From Verrucomicrobiia bacterium (lineage in GTDB: Bacteria; Verrucomicrobiota; Verrucomicrobiia; JABWAM01), in the NCBI GenBank assembly GCA_020849895.1, contig JADZFN010000020.1, positions 18,314-82,313 on the forward strand: DNA of 64,000 bases, written 5' to 3'. A model generated the notes under the pieces. It searched no databases. It was not told where the DNA came from and saw only the letters and a list, made by a program, of their open reading frames with translations. Both the position numbers and the translations under genes were made by a program. Below, piece after piece: positions 9,368-16,832 of this stretch (position 1 is the first letter of the stretch; every line of letters starts with the position of its first letter).

Positions 9368-10427
9368 GGAAGGCCCTCCGACGAACCACGCCGATAAGGC
9401 CGATGCCGAGCACGACGAAGACGCTGGCGTTCGGTTCTGGAATCGCGGTGATTTCAAGAACGGCGATTTGCGCGCGAAGCGAAGTCTCCCTGGTGCCCGG
9501 CACATCTGGGCCGACGCTGAACGTTGCGGAGTTGGTGATCTCCACGAGAGAGAGGACATCGTAGTTCACCGCATCGGGACCGTAGCTGAGACCAGTCGGG
9601 TTGGGTGCCCAATGCGCGACATTATTGCTGCTGCTCCCACCAAGGGCGCTCCCGTTGAAGTAGAGGCGGTCGTTCTGGCCGGCGTCTCCGTAGGTGTAGA
9701 CGGCGTGCAGAGTGGCGCTCGTGAGATCTGTGAGGGCCAAGGCGCCCAAGGAGACGGACCATGCATTGGTTTGGCTTCCCGTGGGAGCCCGGTAGATGTC
9801 CGCGCTGCCCTCGGCGATGGCGTACTGGAAGCGGTTGTTCAGACTGGCGGCCTGATACACGGATAGGAGCGAGATCTGGCTGATTCGCCCGTCGAAACTG
9901 TCGGGCGTGGTCACCGTGATGCTTACCGAGTTAGCGCTGCCGTTGGTGTTGAGCCAGGCGGGATTGATGGGCAATCCGATGAGCCAGACGCCCGAGCCGC
10001 TGCCATAGACCGAGGGCGCCATGACGCTGAAGGTTGCGTTGGTATCGCTGGCCTTCCCAAAGGCGAGACCGCCACTGACCAGAGGGTTGCCGTTCACGGT
10101 GACGTCGAGGTTGGCGGTGTAGTTCGAGGTCCCGCCCCACGCCGTGAGGACCAGACGACCGTTCACGATGTCGTCCGCCGAGGGCATGGTGAAACTCGTG
10201 TTGATGGTATAGGGCTGCCCGACGGCCGGATTCGCGCTGTTGGTCCAGGTCGCCTGTGAGCTCATGTAGAGCGCGCCATCGCTCACGGTGCCGCTGATCA
10301 CCGTCTGCAAACCAACGCCGGCGTGGTTATAGGCCGCGAACGCCGCAGGGCCCGCAACGCCAAGGGCGAAGGCGAGGGTGAGTGCAGTCAGTTTTCGGCG
10401 AGGGGCGGACGGAGTGGCGGTTTTCAT
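9360..10427 (-). CDS. PEP-CTERM sorting-domain surface protein (secreted, Ser/Thr/Asn/Gly-rich, C-terminal PEP-TM-RRR). Start reassigned to MKTATPSAPRRKLTALTLAFALGVAGPAAFA.
   Basis: C-terminus ...ITAIPEPNASVFVVLGIGLIGVVRRRAFHA is a canonical PEP-CTERM/exosortase sorting signal. N-terminal signal peptide present. No exosortase gene lies in this window. Confidence 0.75.
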   Translation of the reverse strand: MKTATPSAPRRKLTALTLAFALGVAGPAAFAAYNHAGVGLQTVISGTVSDGALYMSSQATWTNSANPAVGQPYTINTSFTMPSADDIVNGRLVLTAWGGTSNYTANLDVTVNGNPLVSGGLAFGKASDTNATFSVMAPSVYGSGSGVWLIGLPINPAWLNTNGSANSVSITVTTPDSFDGRISQISLLSVYQAASLNNRFQYAIAEGSADIYRAPTGSQTNAWSVSLGALALTDLTSATLHAVYTYGDAGQNDRLYFNGSALGGSSSNNVAHWAPNPTGLSYGPDAVNYDVLSLVEITNSATFSVGPDVPGTRETSLRAQIAVLEITAIPEPNASVFVVLGIGLIGVVRRRAFHA

Positions 10428-10437
10428 AAAGGAAAGA

Positions 10438-11058
10438 TCAGCGGGAGGCGTCCCAGTCGTCCCGTGTGGTCCGAGAGCGAGTCTCCGCGTGGCCGTCGCA
10501 AAACAGGGCACAGAACATTTTGCCGGTGTGGCGGTAGGCGACGTCCACCACGGGTTCGGCGAAGACGCCTCCCCCGCCACAGTAGTACTTCCCGGGGGTG
10601 CAGTCGGCTGCGAAAATTGTGGCTGAAGGCCGCCGCACGTTCTCCGGGCGGACCCCGTACCAGAAGCAGGTGGCGTTCCCCCCAAAGTTGAAGCAATTGA
10701 GCCCGTAGCTCAGGTGGATTTCCGGATCCCAAGCGACGGCCAGACGCTGGGTGTCGGAAGGGCAAAGGAACACCTCGGACTTCTTCGAAATGACGCCTTT
10801 GAGCAGATCCATCCAGCGGGCCTCCGATGAAACCCATGCCGGCGGATAAACCCCGTAATCATTGATGTAGAGCTTCGCGGCGATTCCGATCTGGCAAAGG
10901 TTGGAGGCGCAGGCGGCCTGCTTTCCCCGGGCCCGTGCTCGGGAGAGGGCCGGGAGGAGCATGCCTCCAAGCGCAGCGACGATGGCCAAAGTGACGAGCA
11001 TCTCAACCAGCGAGAAGCCGTGTTGCCTGGAAGGCCGAGTGTAACGACGTGAACGCAT
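10438..11058 (-). CDS. Prepilin-type N-terminal cleavage/methylation domain protein of the DUF1559 family (H-X9-DG C-terminal motif)
   Basis: N-terminus MRSRRYTRPSRQHGFSLVEMLVTLAIVA (type IV pilin-like class III signal). C-terminal ...FCDGHAE (H-X9-DG). This family is hugely expanded in Planctomycetota/Verrucomicrobiota. Confidence 0.8.
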   Translation of the reverse strand: MRSRRYTRPSRQHGFSLVEMLVTLAIVAALGGMLLPALSRARARGKQAACASNLCQIGIAAKLYINDYGVYPPAWVSSEARWMDLLKGVISKKSEVFLCPSDTQRLAVAWDPEIHLSYGLNCFNFGGNATCFWYGVRPENVRRPSATIFAADCTPGKYYCGGGGVFAEPVVDVAYRHTGKMFCALFCDGHAETRSRTTRDDWDASR

Positions 11059-11100
11059 GTATTACGATTTTATATTTAGTCATACTCTTCTCATAGATGT
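11059..11100 (-). promoter_or_regulatory. AT-rich island immediately upstream of the DUF1559 start (minus-strand sense ...gacatctatgagaagagtatgactaaatataaaatcgtaatac-ATG). Candidate promoter for the six-gene operon.
   Basis: Local AT content is far above the genome background. It contains a TATAAAAT -10-like element. No other intergenic gap exists inside the operon. Confidence 0.35.
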
Positions 11101-11133
11101 CAAGCCCCAGACGAGGAATGGGTCGGATCTGTA

Positions 11134-11191
11134 AGAGGGTGTTTGAAAATTCGCCAACAACAGAGGGCAGGCCAATTTTCAAACACCCTCT
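11134..11191. repeat. Perfect hairpin element. The 18-bp arm agagggtgtttgaaaatt and its exact reverse complement aattttcaaacaccctct are separated by a 22-nt loop (cgccaacaacagagggcaggcc).
   Basis: Read directly from the sequence. The loop plus right arm (11152-11191) recurs at 4237-4276. The hairpin abuts the stop of the IS3 remnant. Confidence 0.85.
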
Positions 11192-11600
11192 AACGTCTCC
11201 CGGGTCAATGGCTGATGGCAGAGCCGATGGACCTGCCGCTTGCCCGCCAACCAGCCCTCCCATCGCAACAGCGCTGCGATCCGCCGATGGCCATAGCGCG
11301 GATGTTTCTCCGAGAGTTCCTTCAGCCGCTGGGTCAGCGCTCCTGCCGCGGGGACATCGGCCTTCTCCGATGCCAGAAGGTGGCCCGGGAAAGGTCCAGG
11401 ATCCGACATGCCGCACGCCCGGAGCACAGCCCCGCCTGGACCGCCTCCACCGCCATCTGCCGACGATTGGAACGTCATCTCCGAGATGTTCCTCTCCTGG
11501 CACACCTCCACGATCGACTTCCTGCTGTCGGCTTCCCGCAAGAGGCGGATCTTCTCCTCCGGCTCAAAAGGCGGGGTCGCGTCACCCTCGGGGCAGTATT
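11179..11600 (-). pseudogene. Degenerate IS3-family transposase remnant. It carries an OrfA HTH region and an OrfB N-terminus fused in one short frame. There are no terminal inverted repeats, no integrase/DDE core, and no intact partner ORF.
   Basis: The minus-strand translation contains ...EEKIRLLREADSRKSIVEVCQERNISEMTFQ (IS3 OrfA HTH, cf. SVxEVCRELGVSExTFYRW). It also contains LKELSEKHPRYGHRRIAALLRWEGWLAGKRQVHRL (IS3 OrfB N-term, cf. HPRYGYRRITALLRREGWxVNHKRVxRL). Only about 50 aa separate the two, against about 100 in intact elements. Confidence 0.6.
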
Positions 11601-11656
11601 AATTTTCCTTTTTAAGATTTTTGCGTATAGTTTGCGTTCCAAACCGATCTGTTTTG

Positions 11657-12943
11657 TTGAATCTTTTTTTTCAAAAATCCTGTCGAAGGATCAGGGACGT
11701 TGTGTGTCTCTGCGCGTTTTTCGCGATCGGCACGCGTGTGTTTGGGCAGTTCGACCCGTCAATTTCCATGACCGGCGTGGAGGCCGCCAACCTCGAGCGG
11801 GACGCACGCCAGCAGGTGGATGACACGCAGGCCACGGTGCGCGTGGGGAAGGTCAACTTCCGCATGGCTGCGGGGCTTCGCCAGGAATATAACGACAACA
11901 TCGGGCTGACGCCGAAGGCGCGGGAGCATGACTTCATCACCACGCCGCACCTCACGCTCGGCGCCCACTGGCCGATCTCCCAACTCAACAGCCTCGATCT
12001 CGTCCTCGGGCTGGCCTACTCCAAGTATTGGGAGCATCCGGCGCTCGACACGACCGGTCTCCTGATCGAGCCGACCTCCATGCTCGATTTCAACGTCTAC
12101 GTGGGCGACGTCCGGATCAACGTGCACGACCGGATCGGGATTCAGCAGGACCCTATTTCCGCGGGTCAGTTGAGCAACATCACGACCTTCCGCCGGCTCA
12201 ACAACACGGCCGGCATCGCCGCCGATTGGGACCTCAACAAGGTGATCCTCACCGGCGGTTACGACTACTCGATCTTTCGCACGCTCGAGGACGGCTACAG
12301 TTATCTGGATCAGGACTCGCACGAGTTTTACGGGCGCATCGGCTACCGCTACGCGCCGCAGCTCACCCTGGGCCTTCAAGGCTCCTACATCATCACGGAT
12401 TACCTGGAGAACGTGCAGAACGACGGCACGACGTGGAGCGCGGGCGTCTACGCGGACACCATTTTCAGCGAATACCTGCGCGGGGGCGCCTCAGTGAGCT
12501 TCCAGGGATCGAGATTCGACAGCAACGGCACGATCGGGGATACGAGTTCGTTCAATTCGGTGGTCTTCACGGCAACGCTCAACAATCAGCTCAACCGGTG
12601 GCTTAACCACTCGCTGACGCTGCGCCGCTTCACCACCTTAGGCATCGGGACGAATTTCACCGAGACCTATCGCGTGGATTATTCGCTGAATGCCGAGGTG
12701 GTCGAACAGGTGACCACCTCGCTGAATTTCTTCCACGAATGGTTCAGGGATTCCTCTTCTGCGGGCACCGGTTATTTGGCGCAAAAGGGAATGCGCTGGG
12801 GCGTGGGGCCGATGATCGGCTACCAAATCACGCCAGCCTCGCGTCTGTCCATCGGCTACCAGCGGACCGAACGCGACGCGAATTACAATCTGTATGACTA
12901 CACGCAAAACGTGGCGTTCATTGATTTCAATCATCAATTCTAG
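11657..12943 (+). CDS. Outer-membrane beta-barrel protein ending in a C-terminal Phe (EpsL-like, polysaccharide-locus associated). The exact start is uncertain: TTG 11621, TTG 11657 and GTG about 11700 are all possible.
   Basis: Alternating amphipathic beta-strand pattern, Tyr/Gly-rich, terminal ...FIDFNHQF*. Signal-peptide-like RRIRDVVCLCAFFAIGTRVFG. The first about 25 codons of the tracked ORF lie in an AT-rich noncoding-looking stretch. Confidence 0.6.
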   Translation: MNLFFQKSCRRIRDVVCLCAFFAIGTRVFGQFDPSISMTGVEAANLERDARQQVDDTQATVRVGKVNFRMAAGLRQEYNDNIGLTPKAREHDFITTPHLTLGAHWPISQLNSLDLVLGLAYSKYWEHPALDTTGLLIEPTSMLDFNVYVGDVRINVHDRIGIQQDPISAGQLSNITTFRRLNNTAGIAADWDLNKVILTGGYDYSIFRTLEDGYSYLDQDSHEFYGRIGYRYAPQLTLGLQGSYIITDYLENVQNDGTTWSAGVYADTIFSEYLRGGASVSFQGSRFDSNGTIGDTSSFNSVVFTATLNNQLNRWLNHSLTLRRFTTLGIGTNFTETYRVDYSLNAEVVEQVTTSLNFFHEWFRDSSSAGTGYLAQKGMRWGVGPMIGYQITPASRLSIGYQRTERDANYNLYDYTQNVAFIDFNHQF

Positions 12944-13636
12944 GTGTTTGTGAAGGCGCATCGTTTTCTCACCGTCCAGGCTTTCTACCTAGGGAGCTTG
13001 CTGCTTGCAGGTTCGTTGTGCGCGGAGGATCCGTCCACGAATGCGCTCGGGGCAAGTCCGATGCGTTCGGCGTCCCCGATCGTCCAACCGGAGACGCACG
13101 TCCTGCAGGTGGGGGACCGCCTCAGCTATCGCGTGGTGGAGGATCGGGAGGACACGCGGCTTCTGCCGGTCACCGCCTCCGGAGAGATCGAAGTCCCTTA
13201 TCTCGGCAAGGTGGTGGTGGCGGGGAAGACAGTTGCCGCCGCCGCTAAGGAGATCAAAACCTTGTTGGAGAAGGATCTCTATTACAAGGCGACCGTGGTG
13301 CTCTCGGTCGAGGAGGTGGCGCCCAAGCCTTTTGAAATGCCGTCCATGGGGCGGCTGAAACAGATTTCGGTGGTCGGACAGGTTCGGTCCCAGGGCGTCC
13401 AGGATATGCCCCGCGACGAAAGATATACGCTCAGCCGGGCGATCATCAAGGCGGGCGGTTTCAGCTCATTTGCCAACGGCCGAAAGGTGCAGGTGGTGCG
13501 GAAAGATGCGGAAGGCAAGACCGTGAAACTCGTGGTTGACATACTCTCCGTTCTCAAAGAAGGAAAAATCGAGAACGATATCGAACTGTTGCCGGACGAC
13601 ATGATCATCGTCCCCGAAAAACTCATCAACTTCTGA
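12944..13636 (+). CDS. Polysaccharide export protein, Wza/KpsD-like (Poly_export + SLBB domain)
   Basis: VQVGDRLSYRVVEDRE...IEVPYLGKVVVAGKT (Poly_export motif) and C-terminal ...IENDIELLPDDMIIVPE (SLBB). 230 aa. The start is 1 bp after the beta-barrel stop. Confidence 0.8.
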   Translation: MFVKAHRFLTVQAFYLGSLLLAGSLCAEDPSTNALGASPMRSASPIVQPETHVLQVGDRLSYRVVEDREDTRLLPVTASGEIEVPYLGKVVVAGKTVAAAAKEIKTLLEKDLYYKATVVLSVEEVAPKPFEMPSMGRLKQISVVGQVRSQGVQDMPRDERYTLSRAIIKAGGFSSFANGRKVQVVRKDAEGKTVKLVVDILSVLKEGKIENDIELLPDDMIIVPEKLINF

Positions 13637-13643
13637 TGCGGCC

Positions 13644-15866
13644 ATGGCTCCGCCCGCGCAAAACGATCCTGTGGCGCCGCCGCCGCCGCCACTCAGTACG
13701 AACGTCATTGATCGGATCAACTTCGCGATCCAATTCGAGAAGTATCGGGACATCATCCTCAAGCGCTGGTGGCTGATCGCGGTGTGCGTGGTCGGGACCC
13801 TCCTTTACGGGGCTTACAAGGCCTACCGCCAGCCGGACATTTACAAGGCGGCGGGGAGCATGATGGTGCGTCCGCGGGTGAATGTCGCTGTCAATGACGT
13901 GGTGAACGAGGAGTTGAGCAACTTTTACGGCACGCAGGTGCAGCTCATGCAGAGCCGCGCCGTGATCGAGTCGGCGCGGCGCAAGCTGGCGGATTTCGAG
14001 AAGTCCCTCACTCTCGATCCGTCGCCCTCCCTTCAGGTCTTCCAGGTCCGCAACACCTCGATCTTCAGCCTTTCGGTGACGAGCACTTCGGCGGAGTTCG
14101 CCAAGCGTTTCCTCGACCAGGTGATGCGCGAATACATCGCCTCCAAGAAGAAATCCCACGACGAGGTGACGGAGAACGTCGCCTCGAACATTCTGCGCGA
14201 AGTGGAGCGCCTCGACGCGGAGCGGCGCAAGACGGAGAAAGAGCTTTTCGATTTCCAGAAAAAATACAACGTGGCGTATTTCGAGGGGCAGGGGAATTTT
14301 TCGACGCAGTATCTCGTGGACCTCAAGCGGCAGCTCGCGGAAAAGACCACCGAGCTCGAACTGCTCGATGCGGAAACCGCCGAGCAACGGCTGAGCCGCC
14401 TCGCGGCGCCCGGCGCGGCCGAGAGCGCCCGCGCGGCGGAGGGAGGCACCAACCATTCTCCGGACAACATCAACCTGCCGAGCGGCGTGAAGACCGCCGA
14501 GAACAGCAGCAATCTCCGCGGCACCCTCGCCCTTCTCGAAAGCGAGCGCGCCGATCTGAGCAAGGTCCTCAAGCCGAAGCATCCCAAAATCCAGCGCCTC
14601 GACGAGGAGATCAAGCGCAAGCAGCAACTCCTCGACATCGCCCTCAAACAGACCCGGGAACAGATCGCCGCCTACCGCCAGTCGCTCGTCAAACAGAAGG
14701 AGGCCCTCCAGAAAAGCATTGCCGACGCCGAGAAGCAGGCGCTCGAGGCGAACCAGAAGGCCGCCGAATACGGCCAGCTCAAGTCGAACGTCGCCCGCAC
14801 CACCGAGCTTTACGACGTGCTCCTGAAGCAGCTCCAGACCATTGACACTGCAGGCGGCATGGAGCAGGAGCTGATCCAGATCCATGAACCGGCCACGGTC
14901 GGCGGCGCGCCCGTCGGTCCGAACCGCTCGCGCCAACTCCTCATGTCGGGCCTCTTCGGCCTCGGCATCGCCGCGCTCATCATCTTCCTCCTCGAGCGTT
15001 TCGACGACCGCGTGAAGACCGTCGAGGAGCTCCAGGATCTCGTGCCGGAGACCGTTCTTGGGCAGATCCCCTTGATCGCGGGCCGCAAGGACGACTCCGG
15101 GCCGCTCCTCATGGCGAACCTGCCGGAGCACAACAATTTCTCCGAGTCATTCCGCAACGTCCGCTCCTCGCTCATGTTCTCCCCGCTCGGCGGGCAGGCC
15201 AAGACGATCGCCGTGACCAGCGCCATCCCGAACGACGGCAAGACCACCTGCTCCGTCAACCTCGCCTGCTGCCTCGCGCAGGTTGAAGGCGGACGCACCC
15301 TGCTCATTGACGCCGACATGCGGAAGATGAACGTTCATCATTTTTTCGAGATGGAGAACGGAAACGGCCTCTCGGAAGCGCTCAGCGGCCAGGCCAGTCT
15401 CGATTCCTGCGTGATCGAGACGCGCATTCCAAACCTGCATCTCCTGCGCGCGGGGAACGCCCCGCCGAATCCCGGCGAGCTGCTCCTCAGCGAGAACTTC
15501 CGCCAGCTCCTGACGCAGATGTCTCAGTATTATCACCGGATCGTGATTGACACGCCGCCCGTACTGGCCACCGACGACACCCTCTCGATGGCGCCTTCGC
15601 TCGACGGGCTGATTTTTGTGGTGAAGGCGAATCAGACCTCCCTGCGGTTCGTGAACCGCTCCATGCATTTGTTGAAGCAGCGCGGAGCCAAGATCTTCGG
15701 TCTCGTGCTCAATCAGATTGATACCACATCCGCTCACTACTACTACTACTACTACTACTCGACGTACTACTACGGGCGGGATGCGCGGAGAAAAGGCGGA
15801 TCGCGCGCGGCCGGCGAGGCCGTCGCGGCGCCGGCACCGCCGGAGACCCCCGCTCCGACGGTCTGA
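13644..15866 (+). CDS. Polysaccharide co-polymerase/tyrosine autokinase (Wzc/ExoP/GumC-like PCP-2a). N-terminal Wzz chain-length domain with long coiled coils, plus C-terminal BY-kinase domain and Tyr cluster.
   Basis: Two TM segments flank a roughly 400-aa coiled-coil periplasmic region. The kinase domain has Walker A AIPNDGKTT and Walker B LLIDAD. C-terminal ...SAHYYYYYYYSTYYYGRD. 740 aa. Confidence 0.85.
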   Translation: MAPPAQNDPVAPPPPPLSTNVIDRINFAIQFEKYRDIILKRWWLIAVCVVGTLLYGAYKAYRQPDIYKAAGSMMVRPRVNVAVNDVVNEELSNFYGTQVQLMQSRAVIESARRKLADFEKSLTLDPSPSLQVFQVRNTSIFSLSVTSTSAEFAKRFLDQVMREYIASKKKSHDEVTENVASNILREVERLDAERRKTEKELFDFQKKYNVAYFEGQGNFSTQYLVDLKRQLAEKTTELELLDAETAEQRLSRLAAPGAAESARAAEGGTNHSPDNINLPSGVKTAENSSNLRGTLALLESERADLSKVLKPKHPKIQRLDEEIKRKQQLLDIALKQTREQIAAYRQSLVKQKEALQKSIADAEKQALEANQKAAEYGQLKSNVARTTELYDVLLKQLQTIDTAGGMEQELIQIHEPATVGGAPVGPNRSRQLLMSGLFGLGIAALIIFLLERFDDRVKTVEELQDLVPETVLGQIPLIAGRKDDSGPLLMANLPEHNNFSESFRNVRSSLMFSPLGGQAKTIAVTSAIPNDGKTTCSVNLACCLAQVEGGRTLLIDADMRKMNVHHFFEMENGNGLSEALSGQASLDSCVIETRIPNLHLLRAGNAPPNPGELLLSENFRQLLTQMSQYYHRIVIDTPPVLATDDTLSMAPSLDGLIFVVKANQTSLRFVNRSMHLLKQRGAKIFGLVLNQIDTTSAHYYYYYYYSTYYYGRDARRKGGSRAAGEAVAAPAPPETPAPTV
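15738..15773 (+). repeat. In-frame trinucleotide microsatellite (TAC)7-TCG-ACG-(TAC)3 encoding the C-terminal tyrosine cluster of the BY-kinase
   Basis: Read directly: cac tac x7 tcg acg tac x3. All Tyr codons are the same triplet. Confidence 0.9.
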
Positions 15867-15883
15867 GACGCTCCGATTTCGCC

Positions 15884-16738
15884 ATGCGATCTTCATCGGC
15901 GCTGTCCGAGACCGTGGTCTCCGCGGATGTTCGTGTTCGCTTCCTCCAGTATCTCCGGGATCTGTGGCACTACCGCGACCTCTTCCGCGCGCTCATCGAG
16001 CGCGACGTGAAGGTCCGTTACAAGCAGACGGCGCTCGGCGTGATGTGGGTGATCCTCCAGCCCCTGTTCATGGCGGGGGCGTTTTCCCTCATCTTCGGAC
16101 GAGTGGTCCAGATGCCCAGCGCGGGGCTTCCCTATTCGATCTTTTACCTTGCTGCCCTGATTCCGTGGACATGTTTCTCCAACGGCCTTTCCCAGGCGGC
16201 CGGCAGCATGGAGGGCAGCGCCGGGCTCATCAGCAAAGTATATTTTCCGCGTCTCATCGTTCCCTCGGCGATGGTTCTAGGCACCGTGGTGGATTTCGCC
16301 ATCGGCTGGCTCTTGTTCAACGGCCTGGCTATTTATCGAGGATTCTGGACCTGGTGGTTCATCCCCTTCACACCGGTCCTGCTGGTGCTGCAGCTCTTCG
16401 CAGCGATGGGGATCGGGTTGGTGCTTGCCGCGCTCAACGCCCAGTATCGCGACGTCCGTTACGTGACCCCCTTCCTTCTCCAGGCCGGCATGCTCTGCAC
16501 GCCGGTCATCTATCCGCTCGAGCGCCTCCTCAGCACGCGCTTTACCGAGCAACTCGGCGTGCTGATCTATCTGAATCCGATGGCGGGCGTGATCGAAACT
16601 TATCGCGCCCTTTGCTTCTCCGCTTCCTACGTTCCGTGGAAGCTTCTTGCGGGAAACAGTGTCACGACCGCCGCGCTTCTCGCCTTCGGAATCTGGTTCT
16701 TCCGCCGCCGCGAACAGGCCATTGTGGACCTCCTATGA
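15884..16738 (+). CDS. ABC-2 type polysaccharide/O-antigen exporter permease (Wzm/KpsM/TagG family)
   Basis: 284 aa, 6 TM helices, ABC-2 signature region (…YIPWKLLAGNS…). Immediately precedes a Wzt-like ATPase. Confidence 0.85.
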   Translation: MRSSSALSETVVSADVRVRFLQYLRDLWHYRDLFRALIERDVKVRYKQTALGVMWVILQPLFMAGAFSLIFGRVVQMPSAGLPYSIFYLAALIPWTCFSNGLSQAAGSMEGSAGLISKVYFPRLIVPSAMVLGTVVDFAIGWLLFNGLAIYRGFWTWWFIPFTPVLLVLQLFAAMGIGLVLAALNAQYRDVRYVTPFLLQAGMLCTPVIYPLERLLSTRFTEQLGVLIYLNPMAGVIETYRALCFSASYVPWKLLAGNSVTTAALLAFGIWFFRRREQAIVDLL

Positions 16739-16832
16739 GGATCGCCGATCACCGATTGCCGATCGCCGATGGCGCTGGAAAGCGCGCTTCGCATCCCGTG
16801 GGCCGCCCCTCGCCCTCCGCCTGTTGTCTTTC

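Noticed and set aside
11059-11620. Cobalamin riboswitch upstream of the BtuF-type importer operon
   Set aside because: No B12-box (GCCACTG / plus-strand CAGTGGC) or recognisable cobalamin riboswitch core was found by eye on either strand. Absence on manual scan is not conclusive, so an Rfam search is recommended under the operon finding.
13626-15131. 501-aa minus-strand ORF antisense to the Wzc gene, plus 15147..15896 translating the TAC repeat as poly-Val
   Set aside because: Antisense to a gene with clear Walker motifs. Composition is Leu/Arg/Glu-rich and low-complexity.
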